A stretch of 35,497 nucleotides of DNA from Candidatus Aminicenantes bacterium (GCA_041304225.1 JBFYNT010000309.1:1-35497), one strand, 5' to 3'. Positions 1 through 9,124 are shown, counted from the first letter of the stretch. The notes: generated by a model not told the origin, from the letters alone. Numbers and translations: made by a program.

Positions 1-1146
1 GGCTTCGCCTACGACGTCTTCGGCGACTCGAACCTCAAGGTCTTCGGCAGCTTCGGCATCTTCACGGACGTCATGAAGCTCAACATGGGCGCCAACGGCC
101 TGGGCGGCTTCAAATGGCAGAGCGCCTATTACACCCTCGACGACTGGGATTACACCCAGATCGGCGTCGACGGCAATTTCCCCGGCACCCTGCTCACGGT
201 CATCGACTTCCGCCCGCCCCTATTCGACGTCATCGACCCCAACATGAAGCCCTTCACCCAGCGGGAGATCTCCTTCGGCCTCGAGAAGAAGCTGGCCGAG
301 GACGCCTCGCTCTCCCTGCGTCTGGTCAACAAGAAAGTCCTCTGGGCCATCGAGGACGTCGGCGTCCCCATCGAGAACTACTACTACGGCAATCCCGGCA
401 GCGAATTCATGCACAACATCTTCGAGGAATGCCGCGAGAGCGGCCTGCTCCTGCCCGGGACCCCGGACGCGCCCAAGGCCAAGCGGGACTATTACGCCAT
501 GAACCTGTCCCTCGAAAAACGCTTCAGCCACAGCTGGCAGGGCGGCGTGTCCTACACGCTCAGCCGGCTGGCCGGCAACTACAGCGGCCTGGCCTCGTCC
601 GACGAGGACGGCCGCAACTCGCCGAACGGCGAGAGGTTCTGGGACATGTGGCACCTGTCCTACGACAAGGCGCTCAATCCGATCGACGGCGCCCTGCCGA
701 CCGACCGGACGCACTCCCTCAAGGCCTACGGCAGCTACGCCCTGCCCTTCGGCCTGACCGTGGGCCTGGTGGCCAACGCCTACAGCGGCACCCCGATCAC
801 CGAGGAATGGAATGTCGATTCTGTGGGCTACTTCCCTTACAACCGGGGCAACATGGGCCGGACGCCGTTCGTTTTCTTTGCCAACGGCTATGCCGAGTAC
901 GAAGTCCGGCTGGGCGGCCGCAAATCGCTCCGGTTCAACGTCAACGTCGACAACATCTTCAACGCCCGGACGGCCCAGCGGATCTATTCGCTGAAGTACC
1001 GGTACAACATCTCGCCGGGCGACGCGGCGCTTCTCTCTCTCGACTGGCAGCCGGACCCGGACGAGCCCCTCGATCCGAGGTTCGGGATGCCCTACAGCTT
1101 CATGGCTCCCATTTCCGGGCGCTTCGGCGTACGGTTCACGTTCTAG
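1..1146 (+). CDS. TonB-dependent-receptor-like outer membrane beta-barrel protein, C-terminal part (5' end outside window)
   Basis: Frame 1 is open from base 1 (GFAYDVFGDSNLKVFGSFGIF...). It has alternating beta-strand-like segments and ends ...GRFGVRFTF with the terminal Phe typical of OMPs. It resembles Acidobacteria-type TonB receptor barrels. The family call is by eye only. Confidence 0.6.
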   Translation, partial: GFAYDVFGDSNLKVFGSFGIFTDVMKLNMGANGLGGFKWQSAYYTLDDWDYTQIGVDGNFPGTLLTVIDFRPPLFDVIDPNMKPFTQREISFGLEKKLAEDASLSLRLVNKKVLWAIEDVGVPIENYYYGNPGSEFMHNIFEECRESGLLLPGTPDAPKAKRDYYAMNLSLEKRFSHSWQGGVSYTLSRLAGNYSGLASSDEDGRNSPNGERFWDMWHLSYDKALNPIDGALPTDRTHSLKAYGSYALPFGLTVGLVANAYSGTPITEEWNVDSVGYFPYNRGNMGRTPFVFFANGYAEYEVRLGGRKSLRFNVNVDNIFNARTAQRIYSLKYRYNISPGDAALLSLDWQPDPDEPLDPRFGMPYSFMAPISGRFGVRFTF

Positions 1147-1181
1147 TCGATCCGCGAGGGGAGTGACGCGGAGCCCGTCAC

Positions 1182-1225
1182 GGCCCGCCCCTATCCCGGA
1201 GGGGCGGGCCACCCCTCCTTTTCTT
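1182..1225 (+). terminator. Intrinsic terminator-like hairpin after the OMP gene
   Basis: GGCCCGCCCC (1182-1191) pairs perfectly with GGGGCGGGCC (1201-1210) across a 9-nt loop. It is followed by CCTTTTCTT and sits between convergent genes. Confidence 0.5.
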
Positions 1226-1246
1226 ACCTTCCCCGGCCCGGGGACG

Positions 1247-3682
1247 CTAACGGGCCTTGCCGGCGGTCGCCGGCAGGGACGACAGGCGGCCCCGGGCCTC
1301 CTCTATCTCGCGCCGGCCGGGCTCGGCGTCCTTCCAGAGATCGAGGAACGCGCGATAGCCCTCGCGGGCCGCGTCCGCCCGTCCGAGCTTTTCGTCGAGT
1401 CGGGCCAGGTCGAAGACCGCCAGGGCGTAGCGCCCTTCGGAGCGCAGGATATCCCCGGGCGAGGCGACGAGCGTTCTCAAGGCCTCGGCGGCCCCGGCGG
1501 CGTCGCCCGCCCTCTCGAGGGCGGCGGCGAGAGCGCGGCCGTAAAGGAAGATCCGGCCGTCGAAGTGGTCGCGCCGGGCGATCATCGCAACGGCCTTCCC
1601 GATGAGCTTGACGGCCTCGGCGGTCCGGCCCACCTCGAGCTCGATGAGCCCCCTCAGGAACTCGTGCTCGCGCCGCAGCCGGGGGGTCTTTCCGGTCGAG
1701 GCCAGGGCCAGGGACTGGGCCGCCGTCGCTTCGGCGGCCGCGGCGTCCCCCGCGGCGAGCTGAGCCGTCGACAGGAAGGTGAGCGCCGCGGCGAGCCGGA
1801 AGCCCTGGCTCGCCCTGCGGGCCGCCTCGACCGCCTTCCCCGCCTCGGTCAGCGCGGCCGCGGCGTCCCCGGCATCGAGATAGGCTTGGCCGCGGCTGAG
1901 ACGGAGGCTCGACACCCAATCGTGCTGCCCGGTCGTTTCGGCCACCTCGGCCCCGATCCCGAATTCCTCGGCGGCCTCCCGCAACCGTCCCTCCGCCAGG
2001 GCGACGGACCCGAGCCGCTCGTGGGCCTTCAGGAACCAGGGCGCCTCCTCCATGAGGAAGAGCCGGCGGAACTCCTCCCGGGCCGCGGCGGCGCCATGAG
2101 CGTGGAACAGGACCGTGCCGCGCCAATAGGACCAGGAGGGATCGGGGAACACGGCCACGGCCTTTTCGAGCACGGCCGCGGCCGCCGCGACGTCGCGGTC
2201 GTCGATCAGGACGTCGAGCAGGGTCTCATAGACCAGCCTGTTGGCCGGGTGTTCCTCGTGATAGGACTCGAGCAGCCGGACGGCGTCCCCGCCCCGGCCC
2301 AGGGCGTTCAGCGAGATCGCCCTGGTGTGATAGGGGAAGGGGCTGTCCGTGCCCCGGCGGATGGGGACCTCGGCGCACCGGGCCGCGGCCGCGAAATCCT
2401 CGAGATCGAAGTAGAGCATGGCCAGGTTGTTGTTGGCCACGATGTCGTCCGGGTGGCTCTCCAGGACCGTTTGGAAGGCCTCGACGGCCAGGGGGAAGGT
2501 GGACTCCGAGAGACTGTAATAGTCGCCCCGGATGAGGTGGCGTTCCCGGGAATTTTCGGGCAGACGGCCGCTCAGATCGAAGGCCGTCCGCATGTAATCG
2601 ATCTCCTGAGCGAAATAACCGAGGTTGCGGGCGTCGACGGACATGAGCCGGTAGGCCATGGCGAACTGGGGATCGAGCTCGACGGCTTTCTTCAGCATCA
2701 GGAGGCTCTGCTCGTAATCGCCGGTGCCGTGGTAGCGCAGGGCCTCCGCGTAGTACCGGTAGGCCAGGGCGTAGGACGTCGTCAGGTCCTCGACGTCGAA
2801 GTCGACGTCCTCCCCGGCCGCGGCCGACCGTTGGGCGAGCCCGGACTTGACCTGGCGGACGAGCGCGTCCGCCTCGTCGAGCAGGGCCTGTTCGTCGGCG
2901 CAGACGATCCGGTCGGTCCGGACGGTTTCCCCGGTCCGGGCATCCTGGAGGAAGGTCGTCACGACGATGGCGCCGCCGGCCTTCATCAGGCTGCCGCAGA
3001 GGAGGTAATCGGCCTTCAGCTCCCGGGCCAGGCGCCGCAGCTCCTCCCGCGAGAAGCGGCGGCTCGCGGTGAGGCCGTGCTTCCTGAGGGCCCCGTAGAC
3101 GAGGTCGCTGCCCACCGTCCGGAGACGCCGCGATTGGAGGAGGTCCGTGGTCAGAAGAGTGGGGAATCCGGTCGCCCACTTGTCGAGGTCCGGGTCGCCC
3201 GAAACGTTCTCGAAATCGAGGACGGCCAGGGCCGGCGCCGGCGGCAGGACGGCCGAGGCCTTTCCCCTCTGCCAGGGCTTCCAGGCGACCAGGGCGACCG
3301 CGGCGACGCCGAGAACGAGGACCGCGGCGAGCGCCGTCCGGCGAAGGCGAGACGTCGGGCCGGGAACGAGGGCGGACCCGGCGGCCGGGGCGCGGCCGGC
3401 TTCCTCGAGGGCGGGCTGGAAGCACCGGACGAGCTGGACGCGGTTCCGGACGCCGAGCTTCCGGTAGATGTTGTGGATGTGGTTCTTGACCGTGTGGTCG
3501 GAGATGAAGAGCTCCGCGGTGATCCGCTTGTTGTCCTTGCCCTCGAGGAGCAGGCGGACGATCTCGCCTTCGCGGGCCGTGATCCCGAACCGCTCGGCGC
3601 AGGCGGCGAAGGCGTCCCCGTTCTTGAGCCGGAGCGAGGGGGGAGGGCCGGTCCGGCGGAAAAGAGAACGGAACGATGCCAT
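1247..3682 (-). CDS. Membrane-anchored LuxR/GerE-family HTH regulator with large TPR-rich C-terminal domain
   Basis: The N-terminus has a GerE HTH (EGEIVRLLLEGKDNKRITAELFISDHTVKNHIHNIYRKLGVRNRVQLV). One hydrophobic span follows (LRRTALAAVLVLGVAAVALVAW), then about 670 aa with TPR-like repeats (YEQSLLMLKKAVELDPQFAMAY etc.). The antisense 852-aa ORF is a shadow. Confidence 0.8.
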   Translation of the reverse strand: MASFRSLFRRTGPPPSLRLKNGDAFAACAERFGITAREGEIVRLLLEGKDNKRITAELFISDHTVKNHIHNIYRKLGVRNRVQLVRCFQPALEEAGRAPAAGSALVPGPTSRLRRTALAAVLVLGVAAVALVAWKPWQRGKASAVLPPAPALAVLDFENVSGDPDLDKWATGFPTLLTTDLLQSRRLRTVGSDLVYGALRKHGLTASRRFSREELRRLARELKADYLLCGSLMKAGGAIVVTTFLQDARTGETVRTDRIVCADEQALLDEADALVRQVKSGLAQRSAAAGEDVDFDVEDLTTSYALAYRYYAEALRYHGTGDYEQSLLMLKKAVELDPQFAMAYRLMSVDARNLGYFAQEIDYMRTAFDLSGRLPENSRERHLIRGDYYSLSESTFPLAVEAFQTVLESHPDDIVANNNLAMLYFDLEDFAAAARCAEVPIRRGTDSPFPYHTRAISLNALGRGGDAVRLLESYHEEHPANRLVYETLLDVLIDDRDVAAAAAVLEKAVAVFPDPSWSYWRGTVLFHAHGAAAAREEFRRLFLMEEAPWFLKAHERLGSVALAEGRLREAAEEFGIGAEVAETTGQHDWVSSLRLSRGQAYLDAGDAAAALTEAGKAVEAARRASQGFRLAAALTFLSTAQLAAGDAAAAEATAAQSLALASTGKTPRLRREHEFLRGLIELEVGRTAEAVKLIGKAVAMIARRDHFDGRIFLYGRALAAALERAGDAAGAAEALRTLVASPGDILRSEGRYALAVFDLARLDEKLGRADAAREGYRAFLDLWKDAEPGRREIEEARGRLSSLPATAGKAR

Positions 3683-3737
3683 CCCGGTTTCACCTCGCTC
3701 CTGGAGCCAGGGCGGTCATGACCTGACGAACGCATCC

Positions 3738-3766
3738 ATGATAACGGCCGCCCGGAGGGGTGTCAA
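3738..3766 (-). promoter_or_regulatory. Sigma70-like promoter for the LuxR-TPR gene
   Basis: On the minus strand: TTGACA (3766-3761), a 17-nt spacer, then TATCAT (3743-3738), about 55 nt upstream of the ATG at 3682. Confidence 0.45.
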
Positions 3767-3779
3767 ACAAGCGAACGGG

Positions 3780-4952
3780 TCAGCGGCCGTGGCTCTCCAC
3801 GAGCTTCGAGGCGAACCAGGTCCAAATGGCCTTGTTGAAGGCGGCGCTCGGCGGGGCCTCCTCGAGAATGGCCTTCAGGCTCGTCGGCGGGTCGCCCGGC
3901 TTCATCCGGAAGCGCGGCTCGGCGTCGAAGTGGAGATAGTGCTCCGGGTGGAACTGCACCCCGAGGAGGTTCGGATACCGCTTGTGCTCGACCGCCTCGA
4001 TGATCCGTCCGTCGCGCGAGCTGGCCACGGCGACCAGGTCCCGGCCCATCTTCTCGAGGGCCTGATGGTGCGAGCTGCGGATGCGGGGGTGGTCCGACGA
4101 CTTGAAGCCCATGGCCTTGACGAACAGGCTGGCGTCGCCGAGCTGGAGCGTGTGGTAATTGACCCCCATGACCCGGTCGAGAGGGAAGAGGAAGCGGTAG
4201 GGATTGTTGTGCCACTGCTCGGGGCCGAGGGCGATGACGTCCTCGACGGCCGACTTGCCGTAAGCCTCGGTCCAGATGTCCTGCACGAGCGTCCCGCCCG
4301 TGCCGACGTTGAGCGTTTGGAAGCCGAGGCAGATGCCGAGGACGGGGAAGCCGGGACGGCCGTCGAGGAGGGGCTTGGCCTTCTCGTCCTGGGACCCCCC
4401 GAGCAGGTGGAAGACGGCCGAGGCCTCGAGGTAATGGCGGTAGGGATCGCTGATCTCGGTGAGGAGGAGCGTCTTCTCGCCGAAGACCGAGGGCGGGATG
4501 TCGGGGCCGCCGAAGAAGATGACGCCGTCGGCCTTCCGGACGATCTGCTCGAACTCGGGCGTGCAGGGATTCCTCTTGAACAGGACCGGCTCGCTGATTT
4601 CGGCCGATACGACGTGGAACTTGATCCAGTCGAGCCCGTTCTCGGCCACGTACTTGCGGGCGTCGGCGAAGTCGTCGGTCTGCCGGGCGTGGTAGACGCC
4701 GACGACCGTCAGGCCGGGAACGTCGAGGGCGCCGTTCTTCCGCAGGGCGTCCAGGCAGCGGAGGTTGAAGGTCTCGGGATTGAAGACGACCAGGCGGACC
4801 GAGCCGTCCCGGTCGGGCGCGCCGTCGAGCCAGCGGTCCGCGGCCGGAGCGGGCGTCTGGCAGACCAGGGGCACGGCCGCGGCCAGGACCAGGGCCAGGA
4901 GGAGGAAGGCGAGGACGGAACGGGGGGATCTGGGGTCCGGGATGGTCATCAT
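3780..4952 (-). CDS. Exported class-I glutamine amidotransferase-like / peptidase C26 (gamma-glutamyl hydrolase family) protein
   Basis: GATase1/C26 motifs are present: GICLGFQTLNV (nucleophile Cys), SSHHQAL, VQFHPE. The N-terminus MMTIPDPRSPRSVLAFLLLALVLAAAVPLV looks like a signal peptide or anchor. The start at 4952 is preferred because GGAGG lies 7 nt upstream and the predicted promoter lies downstream of the 5012 ATG. Confidence 0.75.
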   Translation of the reverse strand: MMTIPDPRSPRSVLAFLLLALVLAAAVPLVCQTPAPAADRWLDGAPDRDGSVRLVVFNPETFNLRCLDALRKNGALDVPGLTVVGVYHARQTDDFADARKYVAENGLDWIKFHVVSAEISEPVLFKRNPCTPEFEQIVRKADGVIFFGGPDIPPSVFGEKTLLLTEISDPYRHYLEASAVFHLLGGSQDEKAKPLLDGRPGFPVLGICLGFQTLNVGTGGTLVQDIWTEAYGKSAVEDVIALGPEQWHNNPYRFLFPLDRVMGVNYHTLQLGDASLFVKAMGFKSSDHPRIRSSHHQALEKMGRDLVAVASSRDGRIIEAVEHKRYPNLLGVQFHPEHYLHFDAEPRFRMKPGDPPTSLKAILEEAPPSAAFNKAIWTWFASKLVESHGR

Positions 4953-4988
4953 GGGCGCACCTCCGCGTGGTCCGGGATTACGCCGCGT

Positions 4989-5017
4989 ATTATAGGCGTC
5001 CGCGAGCCCCACCGCAA
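4989..5017 (-). promoter_or_regulatory. Sigma70-like promoter for the C26-family gene
   Basis: On the minus strand: TTGCGG (5017-5012), a 17-nt spacer, then TATAAT (4994-4989). The leader is about 30 nt and contains GGAGG. Confidence 0.4.
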
Positions 5018-5173
5018 CCGCCCGCCCGGGCTCTTATCCCCCGGAGGGGAACCTTTCCCGGACCGCTTTCGTCATCTTTTATGCGCGGAGAAAGAAACGA
5101 CCCGGTGTCTCAGGCGTATGACAGGGGAGGAAGGTATCGGGAACGGGATCGATCCGAAAGAAGGAAGACGGAC

Positions 5174-7345
5174 ATGAAAAAACGAACAGCGCTCTTGTTG
5201 ACATCGTTGGCCCTCGTCTATGCCGGCGTCCTGGCCGCCGCCTCCCCGGCCGCCCAGACGCCCGCCAAGGAGCCCCTCCGCATCCCGCGCCTGGCGGAAG
5301 CCCCCAAGATCGACGGCGTCCTCGACAATCCCATCTGGGAGACCCAGGCCCTCAAGGTCGAGAATTTTATCCAGCTCGCGCCCAAGGAGAACGGCGCCCC
5401 GACCGAGAGGACCGTCGCCTACCTCGGCTTCGACGAGAAGCACCTCTACATCGCTTTCCGGGCCTTCGATTCTCAGCCGTCCAAGGTCCGCTGTACCATC
5501 ACCAAGCGCGACGGCTGCATGGAGGACGACTGGGTCTTCGCCATGATCGACACCTTCAACGAGAAGCGCCGGGCCTTCTCCTTCCTCATCAACCCCGCCG
5601 GCGTCCAGATGGACATGATGCGGGTCGAGGAAGGCGGCAACGACAACATGGACGACAGCTGGGACACGGTCTTCTATTCCGACGGCAAGGTCGACGCCGA
5701 AGGCTACACGGTCGAGATGGCCATCCCCTTCAAGAGCCTGCGCTTCCCGGACCAGGACCTCAAGACCTGGAACATCGTCCTCGGCCGCAACCTGCCCCGG
5801 ACCGGGGAGATCATCCTGTACCCGAGCTTCTCCCGCGACATCCCGGGGCTGCTCTCGAACGGGCAGACCTATATCCTCAAGGGCGCCGTCGAGCACAGCC
5901 GGAACGTCGAGGTCATGCCCTTCGTCACCTCGCTCGCGCGGGGCGGGGCGTCGGTCGAAGGGAAGAAGCTGGCCTTCGAACCGGGCGCCAACTTCAAGCT
6001 CGGCGTCTCCTCCAACATGACCGTAGACCTGACGGCCAATCCCGACTTCAGCCAGATCGAGGCCGACGAGCCCAAGATCGATTACAACGTCCGCTACGCC
6101 CTGCGCTACAACGAGAAGCGGCCCTTCTTCCTGGAGGGCATGGAGATCTTCAACTCGCCCGAGATCGAGACGGTCTACACCCGCCAGATCAACGACCCCA
6201 TCTTCGGGGCCAAGGCCTCCGGCAAGTCCGGACGCTTCACCTACGGGCTGCTGTCGGCCTACGACATGCACCCCGTCGAAAGCCTCTGGGACATCTCCGG
6301 CGGGGAGGGCCTGCCCGATACCAAGTCCTTCTCCAACGTCTTCCGGACCAAGGCCGACGTCGGCCAGGGCTCCTACGTGGGGTTCACCCTGACCGACAAG
6401 GAGCTCGGCGGCGGCACCTGGAGCCGGCTCGGCGGCCTCGACGGCCAGCTGCGCTTCAAGAACCGGGTCTTCTTCAACTTCCAGGCCCTGGCCTCGAGCT
6501 CGAGCTTCGAGGGCGACCGGACGGACCTCGCGCCGGGCCTCTACGGCGAGCTCTACTACACCAACAAGCACTTCTCGGTGGGCGGCTTCTACAAGGCCAT
6601 CCACCCGGATTTCCAGGCCTCCCTGGGCTTCGTCAACAGGACCGACTACCGGAGCGCCGGCGGCTTCGCCTCCTACCACATCTACACGGACAAGAAGTTC
6701 CTCAACCAGATCCAGCTCCGCCTCCAGGCCGGGCAGCGCTTCGGCTACGCCGACAGCGTCAAGCAGGACACTTGGATCCGGCCCATGGTCCAGTTCCGGC
6801 TGACCGAGTTCAACCAGGTCTTCGTCAGGTACGAAGCGGGCCTGGAGCGGTTCGCCAACGTCGATTTCAAGAAGCAGAGTTTCGGCATCGAGTCGCAGTT
6901 CATCGTCATCAGCTGGATGCCTTTCTTCCTCTTCTTCGAGACCGGCGACAGCATCAACTACGATCCCGACGACGCCTTCCTGGGCACCAGCAACACCTAC
7001 GGGGTGTCCCTGACCTTCAAGCCCAGCAAGCGCCTCCAGCTCGGCACGGATTTCAGCAAGCAGACCTTCTGGCGCTCGGCCGGCGGGGAGCGGCTCTGGG
7101 ACTACAACGTCGTCCGCGAGAAGGCCACCTACCAGGTCAGCAAGACGCTGTCCTTCCGGGCCATCGTCGACTACAACTTCTTCTACAAGGAGGCCTTCGG
7201 CAGCCTCCTCGCGAGCTGGGTCTTGCGGCCCGGCACCGTCTTCTTCCTGGGTTTCGACAACAATTACCTCCGGGACGAGTACGGCCACCTCATCCGGGAC
7301 AACTACAACGTCTTCGTCAAGTTCTCCTACTGGTGGCGCCTGTAG
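5174..7345 (+). CDS. Secreted CBM9-like / DUF5916-type outer-membrane-associated protein
   Basis: Signal peptide MKKRTALLLTSLALVYAGVLAAASPAAQ. The N-terminal region (PKIDGVLDNPIWETQALKVENFIQLAPKENG...HLYIAFRAFD) resembles CBM9/DOMON-like modules fused to a long beta-rich C-terminal domain. An AGGAAG SD-like motif precedes the ATG at 5174. The upstream ORF extension from 4967 is Arg/Pro-rich junk. Confidence 0.7.
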   Translation: MKKRTALLLTSLALVYAGVLAAASPAAQTPAKEPLRIPRLAEAPKIDGVLDNPIWETQALKVENFIQLAPKENGAPTERTVAYLGFDEKHLYIAFRAFDSQPSKVRCTITKRDGCMEDDWVFAMIDTFNEKRRAFSFLINPAGVQMDMMRVEEGGNDNMDDSWDTVFYSDGKVDAEGYTVEMAIPFKSLRFPDQDLKTWNIVLGRNLPRTGEIILYPSFSRDIPGLLSNGQTYILKGAVEHSRNVEVMPFVTSLARGGASVEGKKLAFEPGANFKLGVSSNMTVDLTANPDFSQIEADEPKIDYNVRYALRYNEKRPFFLEGMEIFNSPEIETVYTRQINDPIFGAKASGKSGRFTYGLLSAYDMHPVESLWDISGGEGLPDTKSFSNVFRTKADVGQGSYVGFTLTDKELGGGTWSRLGGLDGQLRFKNRVFFNFQALASSSSFEGDRTDLAPGLYGELYYTNKHFSVGGFYKAIHPDFQASLGFVNRTDYRSAGGFASYHIYTDKKFLNQIQLRLQAGQRFGYADSVKQDTWIRPMVQFRLTEFNQVFVRYEAGLERFANVDFKKQSFGIESQFIVISWMPFFLFFETGDSINYDPDDAFLGTSNTYGVSLTFKPSKRLQLGTDFSKQTFWRSAGGERLWDYNVVREKATYQVSKTLSFRAIVDYNFFYKEAFGSLLASWVLRPGTVFFLGFDNNYLRDEYGHLIRDNYNVFVKFSYWWRL

Positions 7346-7550
7346 CCATTTCGAAGCGCTTATCCCCGAACGGGTCCTGTCCAGTGGCGTCCCCGCCCGG
7401 CTTCGGCTCCACCCATCCCCCCGTGGGGTACCCCTTCCGCCTCCAGACGGCCGGGGACTAGCCCCCGGCCACCCGTTCTCGGGATAATCGCCTTGCCCTT
7501 ATGGAGAGAAGCCAAGTGATCAGTTGTCTGTCACCGTAATCGATGTTAAG

Positions 7551-8978
7551 ATGGCCGTCGCCGGGGAGACCATGGGTAAATACCGCTGCCGCATTTGTCA
7601 ATATGTTTACAACGAGAAGACCGAGGGCATCTTTTTCGACGACCTCTTCCCCGACTGGATCTGCCCCGTCTGCGCGGCGGCCAAGTCGGAGTTCGACAAG
7701 CTCGAGGACGAATCCGCGCCGCCGCCCGCGCCGGCCGAACCCGTCCGGGAGCCGAAATCGATCGAAGACCTCCGCCGCGCCTCCGACGAGCTCGAGACGC
7801 GGATGTCCGACATCCACCGCATGGCCCTTTCGGGCGAATCCGTCGTCGAGCCGATGCGGACGCGCAAGCCCGTCGTGTCCTGGGACGACATCCTGATCAA
7901 GGGCGCCCAGCTGGCCCGCCTGCCGCTCAACCGCGACGAGACCGTGGACACCCGGACGGTCATCGGGCCGCGGGCCAAAAAGCCCCTGGCCCTCGGCACC
8001 CCGATCATCGTCAGTCACATGTCGTTCGGGGCGCTTTCGAAGGAGGCCCACTCCGCCTTGGCCCTCGGCAGCGGCGCGGCGGGCACGGCCATGGGCTCGG
8101 GCGAGGGCGGCATCCTGCCCGAGGCCCTGGGCCTGGCCCATAAATTCATCTTCGAGTACGTCCCCAACCGCTACGGCGCCACCGCCGAGAACCTGAAGCG
8201 GGTCGACGCCGTCGAGATCAAGATCGGACAGTCGGCCAAGCCCGGCATGGGCGGGCACCTGCCCGCGAGCAAGGTGACCGCGGAGATCGCCGCCCTGCGC
8301 GGCTTCCCCGAGGGAGCGGACATCGTCAGCCCCTCGCGATTCCCCGACATCGCCACGCGGGAGGACCTGCGGCGCAAGGTCGACGAGCTGCGCGAGCTCT
8401 CCGGCGGCCTCCCGATCGGCATCAAGTTCGCCGCCGGCGACGTCGAGGCCGACCTCGAATTCGCCCTGTCGGCGGGGCCGGACTTCGTCACCATCGACGG
8501 CCGGGCCGGAGCCACCGGCGCCGCGCTCAAGATCATCAAGGACGCCACCTCCCTCCCGACCATATACGCCCTCGACCGGGCCCGCCGCTGGCTCGAGGCG
8601 CGGGGCATCGAAGGCGTGACGCTCATCGCGACCGGGGGCCTGCGCGTCTCGTCGGACTTCGCCAAGGCCCTGGCCCTCGGCGCGGACGTCGTGGCCGTCG
8701 GAACGGCCGCGCTCATGGCCATCGGCTGCCAGCAGTACCGCATCTGCGATTCCGGGCGCTGCCCCGTCGGCATCGCCACCCAGGACCCGGGCCTGAGGGC
8801 CCGGCTCGACGTCGACGAGGCGGCCCGCGGGCTGGCCAATTTCCTGCGCGTCTCGACCGAGGAGCTCCGCGACTTCGCCCGGCTCACCGGGCACGACAGC
8901 GTCCACAAGCTTTCCGTGCGCGACCTGGTCACGACGAGCTCCGAGATCTCGAACCACACGTCGATCCCCCACGCCTAA
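7551..8978 (+). CDS. Rubredoxin-fused glutamate synthase-related (GltB FMN-domain, COG0069-like) protein
   Basis: The N-terminal rubredoxin has two CxxC pairs (YRCRICQYVY...DWICPVCAAAKSEF). An FMN/TIM-barrel GltS-domain-2-like region follows (IIVSHMSFGALS, KIGQSAKPGMGGHLP, TIDGRAGATGAA, ATGGLR). The start could instead be the ATG at 7572 (MGKYRC). Confidence 0.85.
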   Translation: MAVAGETMGKYRCRICQYVYNEKTEGIFFDDLFPDWICPVCAAAKSEFDKLEDESAPPPAPAEPVREPKSIEDLRRASDELETRMSDIHRMALSGESVVEPMRTRKPVVSWDDILIKGAQLARLPLNRDETVDTRTVIGPRAKKPLALGTPIIVSHMSFGALSKEAHSALALGSGAAGTAMGSGEGGILPEALGLAHKFIFEYVPNRYGATAENLKRVDAVEIKIGQSAKPGMGGHLPASKVTAEIAALRGFPEGADIVSPSRFPDIATREDLRRKVDELRELSGGLPIGIKFAAGDVEADLEFALSAGPDFVTIDGRAGATGAALKIIKDATSLPTIYALDRARRWLEARGIEGVTLIATGGLRVSSDFAKALALGADVVAVGTAALMAIGCQQYRICDSGRCPVGIATQDPGLRARLDVDEAARGLANFLRVSTEELRDFARLTGHDSVHKLSVRDLVTTSSEISNHTSIPHA

Positions 8979-9095
8979 AGGGGCGCATGCCCTGCCCCCG
9001 CTCACGCGTGGGACCGCCCCTCGCGGCTCGGGGGGAGTGAGAATCCCGACGCCCAGGGGGAGTCCCTTATGATATGAGCGATCGGTTCGGAAGCC

Positions 9096-9124
9096 TTGAC
9101 AATTCGGAGGGTATGACCTATGGT
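9096..9124 (+). promoter_or_regulatory. Sigma70-like promoter of the mazEF-like operon
   Basis: TTGACA (9096-9101), a 17-nt spacer, then TATGGT (9119-9124), 19 nt upstream of the ATG at 9143. Confidence 0.5.

Noticed and set aside
1163-3721. 852-aa plus-strand ORF. Similar long antisense ORFs are 3468-5177(+), 5072-7288(-), 7458-9005(-), 11124-13172(-), 12335-14806(+), 13191-14660(-), 17245-19614(+), 20348-21796(+), 21030-22742(-), 23884-25641(-), 29141-30553(+), 31861-32892(-) and 34022-34825(+).
   Set aside because: All lie antisense or out of frame to genes with clear family signatures. Their translations are low-complexity Arg/Gly/Pro/Ala/Asp/Glu-rich strings, typical of stop-poor alternative frames in GC-rich DNA.
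4967-5173. N-terminal extensions of ORF-track calls: 4967 for the DUF5916-like gene, 5012 for the C26 gene, 9074 and 9301 for the TA genes, 11281 for the hydrolase, 29292 for the OMP, 34954 for the lipoprotein, and 35417 for hicA.
   Set aside because: The extensions are Arg/Pro-rich, overlap neighbouring genes or promoters, and precede obvious signal peptides or conserved N-termini that have their own SD sequences.
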